From an uncultured delta proteobacterium (GTDB lineage Bacteria; Myxococcota_A; Polyangia; Fen-1088), in NCBI GenBank assembly GCA_963796685.1, contig CAWCMR010000025.1:896001-960000 (forward strand): a DNA stretch of 64,000 bases, given 5' to 3'. The notes beneath the pieces were generated by a model. It searched no databases. It saw only the letters and a program-made list of their open reading frames with translations, and had not been told where the DNA came from. Shown here one piece after another: positions 44,215 through 54,800 of this stretch; within the stretch, counting starts at the first letter, position 1; the number at the start of each line of letters is the position of its first letter. A program made the position numbers and the translations under genes.

Positions 44215-46485
44215 TCAGAACGCAAGCCGGACTCTGTTCTTCACCTGCAGGTCTTGTGTTAGCCAGCCGGACGTTTGCATCTGGGTCACGATTTCGTCGT
44301 AGACGGGTGCGGTTCCCTCTGGGTCAGCGATCGTGATAATGAGCGCCATCCGCTGCGGATTCCTGGTCTGGAAGCCACTTCGATGCTGCAGGGAAATATG
44401 GAGCCTCCACGTGTCGCCTTGGATCCCTCTCTTGATCGATCTCCGGTAGACCTTTACGGGCGACCACTTGAATCCGTGCTCGAGTAAGTGATGTTCAAAG
44501 AGCATGTTCACGTCTTCCGGCTCCGGCGGTATCTGCCGCTTATGGTGGCGCTTGCCATCCTTACCGAGATCGTAGGTCCCGAGCGAGACCTCGACATTGG
44601 ACCGACAGTATTCAGCGCCGGCAGCACCTTCGCAGGGTGGGTCATACGCGAGGGTCATCGAGAACTCTCCGCGAACCTTGCCCTTCTTGTCCCGCAGGCT
44701 CGCCGGAATGGGAAACCCTACCTTCTCGAACTCAAGACCTGAAAGCAGGTCGGGTTCGAAGATGAGGGTGGCGGCGGATCTCACGCACGAGAGGACTTCG
44801 GCGACGCCACCAGGCACGCCGAAACCGCGATACTTCATGTCGACCGCAGTCAGCGTACCCTTGGACACCAGTGCGGAATGGATCAGGAGCGCCTTGACCA
44901 GATTCGGCGAAGGTGCGGCTCTTCCGGTTAGTTCGGCGTCGACGGTCGCGTACAGGGACGTCACCAGCGGCGTTGCGAAGCTTGTCCCGATGCTCTCGGC
45001 TACATCGCCGTTCGCATCGAGTGAGAGAACGCCGGTCTGCACACAGCCGAGTCCCGCATCGCAATTCCCGCCATAGTGGGACAGATCCGGTTTTGGCAGG
45101 TACACCGGACCTGGGCCGCGGCGGGAAAAGGGAGACGGTTCCCCGGATCGTACCTTGGAATTCGGGCGGTCGATGTGTGCGACCGAAGCAACGGTGATGG
45201 CGTGAACCGAATCGGCGGGAGCGCAAATGCGGTCGGCCTCTCCGAGATCCTCCGCAGGCCACCCTCGGAGGGGCGGGGTCACATAGTTTCCCGCGGAGAC
45301 GACAAATCGCACGCCATGCTTCGACTGGATCTCGTCGAGCGCCATCGCGAAGTCCGAAAAGGAGTCGTTCTGGCACAACCCCGCCACGCTGTTCACGGAC
45401 AGGTTCCAAACCCGCACCTGCGGGTACTTCGGCACGACCTCTTCTATGATCGTCAGGAGCTGGTCTTCCGAAATGCCGCCCTTCGGAACGGCCACCACGT
45501 CGACGATCCGACAAGATCCGTCGGGGAAGCCTGGGTCACTCTGATTCAGCAGACGACCATGCACGAGCAGCCCAGCAACGAAACTTCCGTGCTCGAGATC
45601 CTGCTCGGATGGATGCACCTCGATCTCATGCGACACAATCCAAGGTGCAAGGAGAGGATCGTGAGCGTTCACCCCGCTGTCAATCAGCCCAACGACCGGA
45701 TAGTCTCTTCCCGGCTCGGGGGCGGGGAAGTCGGATGTGCGAGCAGCGCGGACCCGAGTAGCCGAAGTACGAACCGATTTGTAGATCGGAAATGTGGAGA
45801 CGCTTTGCGTGCCTACGAACCGGGCAAGCCTTCGGATGGCGTCAGGTCCCGCTGGGCCGATGCGGTAGATACGCAGCCCCTCTGCGTAGCGGACCGGTTC
45901 AGGCGAGGCGAGCTGGAGATCCTCCACTTCGGCAAGGAACGCCTTTTCGATTCTTTCGTCGATAGCAGGACTGCTATGCCGAAAGAGCCTCAGCTTGAGA
46001 GGCGAGGGGGTGCGGACCACACGAGCGGTAAGCTCGTCGACGGTTTCGGGCGCCGTGGCCGTGTCCGCTTCATGAGGCAAGATTTGCGCGATTGTGGAGA
46101 TGTCTGCCTGACCCGCCTTCGTGCTGTCCGCACCTATCCTCGCAATCAGTTCATCGATCCGACCGGGACGAAGGCTGATGAGCAACTCCCCGAGATGACC
46201 AACTCCTATGACTGGGCAGGTGTTGTGGAAAAGCTTGGCGGGACGATGGGATTTCGCCAGCGCCTCCCGTTTGAGGACCACCCGACCGACGGCGGGCAGA
46301 CTTGTCTTGTCGGCTACGTGCAATCGGCTGGCAGCATCAGCCAGTTGTCCCGATAGCCTTGCTCGAACTTCTGAAGTGACGGGTCCGAACATCTTGCGTC
46401 CGCCACCGCCTCCCTCGGGACGGAACCAGTCTTCGTTCCTACTCAGGACGACTTTGATGGGTAGTCTCCGTTCGGTCGTAGGCAT
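44215..46485 (-). CDS. S8 subtilisin-like serine protease, IetS-like
   Basis: Catalytic triad motifs 'LIDSG', 'EHGSFVAG', 'GTSFATP'; oxyanion 'SAGN'; no signal peptide; 3 nt downstream of an AAA ATPase. Confidence 0.9.
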   Translation of the reverse strand: MPTTERRLPIKVVLSRNEDWFRPEGGGGGRKMFGPVTSEVRARLSGQLADAASRLHVADKTSLPAVGRVVLKREALAKSHRPAKLFHNTCPVIGVGHLGELLISLRPGRIDELIARIGADSTKAGQADISTIAQILPHEADTATAPETVDELTARVVRTPSPLKLRLFRHSSPAIDERIEKAFLAEVEDLQLASPEPVRYAEGLRIYRIGPAGPDAIRRLARFVGTQSVSTFPIYKSVRTSATRVRAARTSDFPAPEPGRDYPVVGLIDSGVNAHDPLLAPWIVSHEIEVHPSEQDLEHGSFVAGLLVHGRLLNQSDPGFPDGSCRIVDVVAVPKGGISEDQLLTIIEEVVPKYPQVRVWNLSVNSVAGLCQNDSFSDFAMALDEIQSKHGVRFVVSAGNYVTPPLRGWPAEDLGEADRICAPADSVHAITVASVAHIDRPNSKVRSGEPSPFSRRGPGPVYLPKPDLSHYGGNCDAGLGCVQTGVLSLDANGDVAESIGTSFATPLVTSLYATVDAELTGRAAPSPNLVKALLIHSALVSKGTLTAVDMKYRGFGVPGGVAEVLSCVRSAATLIFEPDLLSGLEFEKVGFPIPASLRDKKGKVRGEFSMTLAYDPPCEGAAGAEYCRSNVEVSLGTYDLGKDGKRHHKRQIPPEPEDVNMLFEHHLLEHGFKWSPVKVYRRSIKRGIQGDTWRLHISLQHRSGFQTRNPQRMALIITIADPEGTAPVYDEIVTQMQTSGWLTQDLQVKNRVRLAF

Positions 46486-46488
46486 TCT

Positions 46489-47625
46489 CTATTCCTCCCG
46501 CAGAAGCTTTGATAGCCGACCCAGGGAAACGCCGAAAACCTCCGATAGACGGCGGTAGGTGAAGAAGTCGGGCGCGAGGCGCCTGGCGGCGGCGACTCTT
46601 GCCTCAAGCGAAACCGAATCCTTCATAAGATCTGGCAATCGATGATTCAAGATCCGGCGAAGCACTTCGGCGGTATCGACGCGAGTCAAGTCGGACAAGA
46701 TCGCACGACGTTTGCTGTCTTCGGCGACCTGTCGGATGTCAGATCCGCTCAGCGTCTCGGAGACGGCCGCAAAGACTCGAATCTCATCGTCCTGTGCGAA
46801 GTCTCCGCAGAAGCGCTGGAACATTGCACGCCGAGCTTCCGGCCCCGGAAGACCGATCTGCAGGCGGAAAGCGAATCTGCGCCAGATCGCCGGATCCAAG
46901 AGGTGTTCGTGGTTGGTGGCCGCCAGAAGAACGGTTTTCGATTCGAGCGCATCGATATTCTGAAGAAGGCTGACCACGACCCGTTTCAGCTCCCCCAACT
47001 CGTTCTTGTCGTCGCGCGCCTTCGCCAGCGCATCGAACTCATCGAGGAACAGTACGCACGGCCGCGCGGTTGCGTGATCGAAAAGAGTGCGGAGGTTCTT
47101 GGCGGTGCTGCCCAGGAAGGAAGAAATCAGTGAGTCCGACCGTGCCGTAAGCAGCGGCAAACCCAGTTGCGACGCCACGTACTTTGCTAGTTCGGTCTTG
47201 CCACAGCCGGGCGGGCCGAAGAGAAGCATCGAAGGTGACACGCCGACACCCTGGCTAACCAGGCGATCGGCCCCGAGGACAAACCGAACGAACTCATGAA
47301 CGGCTGCCGTGACCTCCGGCGCTACGAATACCACCGCGTCTCCCGATGCGAAAAGTTGCTCATCCGCTAGCGCGAGCCGCGACTCCTGATCGACGGGGAT
47401 TCCCGGTGCTGCGATCGAACGGCTGAGCTCAAGCATTCTCGTCTTCGAGCTTTGGAGGGTCCTCTGAAGACGATCGGCGATGGTCTTGTGACCCTCGGCT
47501 GCGAGCTTGGAGGCCAGCAACTCCGTGTAAGATGCCACCTTCTCCCGATCGGCGTTGACCGCACCTTCAACGATCTTGAGCAGTTCGAGAACGTGAGGAA
47601 GCTCCTTATGAACAACTGAAGGCAT
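46489..47625 (-). CDS. AAA+ ATPase, IetA-like
   Basis: Walker A 'GPPGCGKT', Walker B 'LFLDEFD', 'GELKRVVVSLLQ', 'LDPAIWRRF'; start at 47625 is inferred. Confidence 0.9.
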   Translation of the reverse strand: MPSVVHKELPHVLELLKIVEGAVNADREKVASYTELLASKLAAEGHKTIADRLQRTLQSSKTRMLELSRSIAAPGIPVDQESRLALADEQLFASGDAVVFVAPEVTAAVHEFVRFVLGADRLVSQGVGVSPSMLLFGPPGCGKTELAKYVASQLGLPLLTARSDSLISSFLGSTAKNLRTLFDHATARPCVLFLDEFDALAKARDDKNELGELKRVVVSLLQNIDALESKTVLLAATNHEHLLDPAIWRRFAFRLQIGLPGPEARRAMFQRFCGDFAQDDEIRVFAAVSETLSGSDIRQVAEDSKRRAILSDLTRVDTAEVLRRILNHRLPDLMKDSVSLEARVAAARRLAPDFFTYRRLSEVFGVSLGRLSKLLREE

Positions 47626-47748
47626 GATGTGAACATTATGCCTATGTACGTGAACGCTATCAAGATATCGTGAACGAATGCCGCACAGCTGAGCCTCCAC
47701 GCGTCGTGAAAGTCGAGAACCCGAGCGCGTCGACCCTCGTCGTTCGAG

Positions 47749-47959
47749 GCCGATCCCTTCGGCCGGGGTGAGCGAGCGATTTGGTGACGCCGACCGATCC
47801 GTTCGCTCACCCTGACCGATAGGTTCGGTTGCATTTACCGATAGGTTCGTTCGTCCCGACCGATCGGTTCGCCCACCCCGACCGATCGGTTCGGTGCCGC
47901 TAACCGATGGTTTCGGTGGCGCCAACCGCTCGATTCGGTCCTGGGAACCTATCCTCAAG
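47749..47959. repeat. Iteron-like array with exact 22-bp period, core ACCGAT(C/A)GGTTCG
   Basis: Cores start at 47793, 47815, 47837, 47859, 47881, 47903 and 47925; degenerate in-phase units at 47749, 47771 and 47947. Confidence 0.85.
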
Positions 47960-48069
47960 GTCACCGTCACCGGTCCCAGTGCTTGCCCCACTCCGAAGGT
48001 CGACCCAGGGTGATCGATCCACATCGCCCTGGGGACCTCGTGCGAGGCACCTGCGGTTTGACTGTCCGG

Positions 48070-48552
48070 CTATCTCGCCGCAGCTGCCTGGGGCGCGGGG
48101 GCCGGGGCGGGGGGCCTCGGGCCGCGCGCGAAGAAGTCGAGCAGCGGCTTGAACATGACCAGGATTTCCGGGTCGTGCTTGCCCTGCGCCTTCACCTGAT
48201 CGTTGGTCTTGCGAATCTGTTCCCACGCCTCGGCGTCGAAGAGCAGATTGGCTTGCTTGAGCTTGTTCAAGACGACGTCGAGATCGAGGATCACCTGGTC
48301 GATACCCTCGGCGCGTTTCCCCAAGGCTCGCAGCGACGCCGGCGTTACGCCAGCCGCCGGTGCGAACCTTGCGCCCGACTTCTCGATCGCGTCGGCCGTC
48401 GCATCACAGATGAGCCCAATTCCCCGCGGCGTCTTGGCGATGCGACGAACCTCATCGGGGCTCATATTTCCAGCCTCGGGTGGCGGCGCGAATTCGTCCG
48501 CAATTGAAACCGTTACTGTTCCATGTCGAAGATCAACCATTGGTCCCTCCAT
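48070..48552 (-). CDS. Hypothetical helical protein (160 aa)
   Basis: Clean ORF with genome-like codon usage, divergent from the methyltransferase gene. Confidence 0.7.
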   Translation of the reverse strand: MEGPMVDLRHGTVTVSIADEFAPPPEAGNMSPDEVRRIAKTPRGIGLICDATADAIEKSGARFAPAAGVTPASLRALGKRAEGIDQVILDLDVVLNKLKQANLLFDAEAWEQIRKTNDQVKAQGKHDPEILVMFKPLLDFFARGPRPPAPAPAPQAAAAR

Positions 48553-48656
48553 CTATGTCCTGGTTTCGCTTGGTCCGCGGGCCACCACATCTCCCGGCGG
48601 GCGGCATGAACGCGAGGTCACACGACGCACCCGGTTCGGGTTATCCTGCGACGGCA

Positions 48657-51600
48657 ATGCCCGCCGAGGTTCGTCTGTCGCCAAAGGATCGCCGTACTGT
48701 CCTTGAGCAGCTTTCGCGAGAGCGCCTCGGCGAGCTGAGCACGCGCTTCGAGCTGGACGTCGCGGACCGTCGGTCGACCGACTCTCACATTGATGCGATC
48801 GTGCGCAAGCGCTCGCTGGACTTCCGCGCCGTCCTGGAAGTTCTGCGGCGCGAGGAGCTGCAGGCCGCCTGCGAGGCGCTGGGGCTTGACCGGGGCGGGC
48901 GGGAGAAGGCCGCGCTGATTGGGCGGATTCTCGGCGAAGGGGCCGCGCCAACGGAGGCGACGCCTTCCCCGTCGAGCAGCGAGCCTTCGCCAGTCAGCGC
49001 GCAGAACGAGCGAGGGTTGAAGTCGGCGCTGCGCCGGTTCGTGCTCGACCTGGCCGGTGGGCTGCGCGGGCGGGACGCTGCCACGACGTTCACCTCGCGC
49101 TTGCTTCGCTGCTTCGGCTGGCCCGAGGGGGCACCGCCCGAGGTCACCCTACCGACGTCGCTCGCGGTGGTGGAGAATGGACGGCGCTCGACGCGCGAGG
49201 TGGCGCTGTTCTGGAAGGACCGGCGCGTCCTGGTCGAGGTGGTCAAGCACGACGTGATGCTCGACTTTGCCTGGAAGGACTTGCTGCGCGTCTGCCTGCA
49301 GGTCGATCCGGTGCCCGCAGTATGTGGTGCTGACCAACCAGCGCGACCTCCAGCTCTATGACCTGGGCCGCGACCGCGAGGAGCCCAGGCTTTCGATCGC
49401 GCTCGAAGATCTGCCCAAGTACAGCGAGGCCTTTCCGTTCCTCTCGCCCACCTGGCACCCCGGAACCACGCCGAGGATCATCAACGTCTCGAAGGTGTCG
49501 CGCGAGGTCGCCGAGCTGGTCGCGCGCCTGTACCGCAGCCTGAAAGAGCAGCACCCCAAGCAAGAGCGCGAGGTCGTGCAGTTCACGCTCCAGTGCATCC
49601 TGACCATGTTCGCCGAGGACATTCGCCTGCTGCCCCAGGAGTACTTCACCTCGCTGCTTTACGATGGCGCGCGCAGCGGCGACGTCGAGAAGCGGTTGCG
49701 CGACCTGTTCCGGCTGATGGGCACGCGCGACGTGCCCGGCCAGCGCGCGGTGCCCTTCTTCAACGGGGGGCTGTTCACGCGTCCCGTGACCCTCCCGCTC
49801 GGCGAGGCGCAGCTGGCGGCGCTGATCAAGGCCTCGGAGGCCAACTGGACCTACGTCGACCCGCACATCTTCGGCAGCGTCTTCCAGGGCATCATGAGCG
49901 ACGCCGAACGCCACCAGAGCGGCGCGCACTACACCGCCCACGAGGACATCATGCGCGTGGTGGGGCCCACCATCGTCGAGCCGTGGCGCCAGCGCATTCG
50001 CGAGGCCAAGTCGCTCGAGCCGAGCTGCTGGAGGTGCGCACGGCTCTGCTCAAGTTTCGCGTGCTGGACCCCGCGTGCGGCAGCGGCAACTTCCTGTACG
50101 TTGCCTTCCGCGAGCTGTACCGCCTGGACACCGAGCTGCTGGCCCGCATCCGCGAGTTCCCGTCCACCCAGGCCGAGGGCCGGGCGAAGGTGACCTGGGG
50201 AGTGGGGATCCAGACCATCGAACTTCTTCGGCATCGACATCAACCCCTTCGCCGTCGAGCTGGCCAAGGTGACGCTGAACATCGCGAAGAAGATCGCCTT
50301 CGACGAGCGCAGCGAGCTGGCGGCGCGATCTCGTCGGCCAGATGGAGATGGACGTCGATCCGTCGCTGCCGCTCGACAACCTCGACAAGAACATCGTCTG
50401 CGCGGACGCGCTGTTCACGGACTGGCCGGAGGTGGAGGCGATTGTCGGCAATCCGCCGAATCCTGGGAGACCGTAAAATTCGTGGCGAGCTAGGCGCGGA
50501 CTACATTCGCCGGCTTCAGGAGACGTCGGGATTGGATGGCGTCGTCGATCTCTCTTGCTACTGGTTTCGCCGTGCGCACGATCGCCTGCCAGACGGGCGC
50601 CAGGGCGGGGCTCGTCGGCACCAGTGGAATCCGCGTAGGGAAGGCGCGCGAGGCCTCGCTCGACTACATCGTCGCAAACAGCGGTACCATCACGAATGCG
50701 GTGTCATCGCGCCCCTGGCCCGGTGAGGCCGCCCTCGACGTCTCGATGGTCAACTGGGTGAATGGATTCGCCGATGGTCCGCATCAGCTCATCATCGAGG
50801 ACGAGGTCTTCCTGGTCGCGCGCATTCCAACGCATCTTCAGCTCCACGCCGACGTCAGCGGGACCAGGGACCTTGCGGCCAATGTCACCGGTGCAATGGT
50901 CGGCATAACATTTGCGACCGATGAGTTCACGATCCCACCCACGTCGGATCTTCTTCGTAACGGGGACTTGAAAAGGCGTGGTGTGGTGAAGCCCCTCGCG
51001 ACGGGTGGTGGCATGCTCAAAGGCAGCCTCGCGGTCAACCCGGAATACGTCGTTTACCTTGGCGCTTGCAAGACACAGCCCGAAGCCGCGCAGGTCGGTG
51101 GCCCTGCATATGCCTATCTCGACAAACACCTGCGGCCACACGTGCTGTCAGTGGCTGGGCAGTATGAAGGATGGGATGCACGCTGGTGGCAGCCTTGGCG
51201 TCCACGCCCAGAATTCCTCAGCGTTGCGTCGAAGCTGAATCGGCTGATCATGTGTTCCAAGGTGCTTGGCCGCCCTGTCTTTGCTTTTCTGTCTTCCACG
51301 TTCGCGCCAAACGATACGATGCAAGTCTTTGCCTTCGACGACGACTACAGCTTCGGCATCGTTCAGTCATCGTTGCATTGGGAGTGGATCAAGGCTAAGG
51401 GCGGCAAGGTTCGGGCCGACAAGCGCTACACCAATGAGGTCTGGACTACCTTTCCCTGGCCACAGGAGCCAACCGAAGCCGAAGTCGCGGCCATCGCCAC
51501 CGCCGCGCGAAACCTTCGCCGGGCCCGCGACACGCTCATGAAGGAAAACTCCTGGTCACTGCGCGCGCTCTATCAAGCCGCCGAGATCCCTGGCCCGCAT

Positions 51601-51822
51601 CCGCTCAAGGACGCGCAAGCAGCTCTCGATGAAGCCGTTCAGCGGGCCTACGGGATGCCGGCAGACCAGGAGGCGACGGCGTTCCTGCTCGAGCTGAACC
51701 AGCTCGTGGCCGAGGACGAGGCGGAGGGCAGGAAGGTCCAAGGCCCCGGGGTGCCGAAGGGGCTCGATGCGCGCGACCCGCGCTGGACCAGCGACGATTG
51801 CATCGAGCCGCCCGGCTCGTGA
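48657..51822 (+). CDS. MmeI-like (Type IIL/IIG) DNA methyltransferase with TRD; several apparent frameshifts; nuclease motif degenerate
   Basis: 'PFFNGGLF', 'DPHIFGSVFQ', 'GAHYT', motif I 'VLDPACGSGNFL', 'FGIDINP', motif IV 'IVGNPP', C-terminal 'FGIVQSSLH...TFPWP'. Pieces lie in ORFs starting 48480, 49267, 49593, 50269 and 50536. Confidence 0.85.
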
Positions 51823-51832
51823 CGGGAGAAAC

Positions 51833-54800
51833 GTGGCCGAGTCAATCGATGTCCATCCGCTGCTGAGCAAGCTTTGGGACGACAAGAGGAACGGCGCCGC
51901 GGCGGCTGTCCAGGTGCGGAGCTTCCGCCCTGCGTGGTGGCGTTGCGAGCACGGGCATTCGTTCCAGCGCTCGCCGCGCAGCATGCTGAGCGACCCTGCA
52001 TGCCCGGGCTGCCAGCGCGGTCCGGGCACAAGCTCGATCGCCAAGGCGCGACCCGGCCTGGTGCCGCTGTGGCATGCCGAAAAGAACGGAAGCCTGTCGC
52101 CCAGCACCACCGATGTGGCATGCGCGCGGGGCCATCTGGTGGCGCTGCCCGCAGGGGCACGAGTTCCAGCGCTCGCCCCTGCTGATGTTGCGGGATGCAA
52201 GCTGCGCCGTCTGCACGGTCGCCACGACATCCCTGGCGGTGACCAACCCCGCCGTGGCGGCCGAGTGGCACCCGTCCCAGCAACGGCGAGGTCACGCCCG
52301 ACCAGGTTGCCCGCCGACCACGTCATGAACGCCTGGTGGCTGTGCCCCAAGGGCCACGAGTATCAGGCGACTGTCCGGTCGCGCGCCCGGGGCAACCGTA
52401 GCTGCCCGACCTGCTACGGCGGCTGGTCGCTTGAGAACCTCCGAGCCTTCGTCAAGTCGCTCGCTTTCGCATGCCGGCGCGTTCAACCCGAGCGAGCGAT
52501 TCGCCCTGGCGATGCAAGCGGGCGTGTTCGCGGACAAGGACTCGCGCCCCTTCGTCATGGCCATCTCCACGGGGCGCTTCCCGCGCGAGGAGCTGGAGAA
52601 GTTCGCCGAGGGCAAGCCGTCCCTGGTCGATGAATTTGCCGCTGACAAGGCGCTGACCCTCGAAATCGTCGACGGGCGGCAGCCCGCGAAAACCGCCACG
52701 CCGGTCGATCCCTACGCCCTGCCGGCAGCGCCCGAGCCCCTCGACGAAGGTGAGCGCGTCGATGTGGACGTCAGCCGCGAGGTTGACTCTGCGGCCGTCG
52801 CCACCGCCGCAGCGCGGCGCCGATGATGACATGCCGCTGGTCAAGACAGCGGACGCGCTCGGCGGCGCTCGACAGCGTCCTGGTGGCCAACGCCGATGCC
52901 GAGACGGTGAAGTTCCTGCTCGACAGCGCGAAGGCCAAGCTGTGGCGTCACGCCTACGTCGATGCCAAGGAGGCCCGCGAGCAAGCCGCTGGCTTCAAGG
53001 GCGACGTCTATTCGGGCCTCGTGCGCGACAGGTTTCTTGCCGAGTTCGACGAGGCCGACGCGCTGGCGCCGCCCGCGGGCTATGCCTTCCGTCCCACGCC
53101 CGACGCCCCGGTGACGCCACCGAATCTGATGCAGCGGCGGGTGGCGGTGTGCGTGCGCGCCGAACGCCGGTTCGGCAACTGGTCCGGGATGGGGGCGGGC
53201 AAGACCCTCAGCGCCATCATCGGCACGCGCGTCGTCGATGCCAGGCTGACGGTGATCTGCTGTCCCAATGCCGTGGTCGACAACTGGGAGCGCGAGATTG
53301 CGGGGGCATTTCCCGCCTCGGACGTGGCCAAGAAGACCTGGCACCCCGAGTGGAAGGATCCGCTCGGGACCACGCCGCGCTACCTGGTGCTCAACTACGA
53401 GCAGTTCCAGCAACCCAACTCAGAGGCGGAGCTGGTCGGGTTTCTCGATCGCAACGTCATCGACTTCGTCGTCGTCGACGAGATCCACTTCGCCAAGCAG
53501 CGCGAGGCCGGCGCGGAGATGTGCAAGCGCAAGCGACTGGTGCAGGGTCTTATCCTGGAGGCGGGCAAGAAGAACGGCGGATCTGTGCGTGCTCGGGATG
53601 TCGGGAACGCCGGTCATCAACACCCTGCAAGAGGGCAAGAGCCTGGTCGAGATGATCACCGGCCATCGCCACGACGATCTGGAAACGCGTGCCACGGTTC
53701 AGAACTGCATGCGGCTCTATCAGCGCCTGGTCACGCTCGGGACGCGCTGGAAGCCCGACTACAAGATCCAGCTCGACGGTCGACAAGAAGGAGATCGACT
53801 GCGAGCACGCCCTGGACGAGATCCGGGTCGTGGGTCGGGGGACGGTGCTTGAGCTAGAGCAGGTGCTGACCCGGCTGCGCCTACCGACCATCCTCGCGAA
53901 CCTTTCGCCCGGCGAGAAGGTCGTCATCTACACCCACTACGTGGACGGCATCGCGGGCACGCTGCGCGACGCGCATCCACACCGCAGGCTATCGTGTCGG
54001 GCATGCTGACCGGCGGGACCGACGACGTCGATCTCAAGGAGTTCCTGAAGCCCGACGGCAACATTGATGTCCTCATCGCCTCGAGTCGCATCGGCACGGG
54101 CGTCAACGGCCTGCAATACGTCTGCAACAAGCTGATCATCAACTCGCTGCCGTGGACGAACGCCGAGTACGAGCAGCTCATCGGGCGGCTGTACCGGCAG
54201 GGCAGCCGCTTTGACCAGGTGCGGGTCATCATCCCGGTGACCTTCGCGATGGTGAACGGTGAACGCTGGTCCTACTGCGAGTCGCAAGCTGCACCGGCTC
54301 GAGTACAAGAAATCGATCGCCGACGCCGCCGTCGACGGGGTCGTGCCCGAGGGCAACCTGCGCACGCCCGCGCAGGCGCAGCAGGACATCATGGATTGGC
54401 TGGCGCGGCTGGAGAGCGGCAAGATGAGCCGAGGTCGCAGCGGCCGGTCATCAAGATCCCGCTCTCGGGCGAGCCCAACGAAGTCGAGCGGCGGGTCGCG
54501 CGCTACGGCGACTTCTCGAAGATGAACAACCGTTGGTACGCGTCGGGCAGCGAGTCGACCCACGCCAGGCTGGCCAGCAACCCCGAGGAGTGGGCCCACT
54601 ACCACACGATGTACCGGCAGATTCGAGAGTCCTGGCCTGTGGTGCCCTACAAGGAGGAGATCCGCTGGCTGTCCGAGCGGGAGGGGCACGTCATCGGCGA
54701 CTTCGGGTGTGGCGAGGCGCTGATCGCGCGAAGCCGGCCAAAGACCGCCATCAGGTCCACAGCTTCGACCACGTGGCGGTGGGCGGCAGCGTGGTCGCCT

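Noticed and set aside
47749-47959. Mini-CRISPR or protein-coding tandem repeat
   Set aside because: The 13-nt core and 9-nt spacers are too short for CRISPR, and a 22-nt period is not a multiple of 3. Kept as an iteron-like array.
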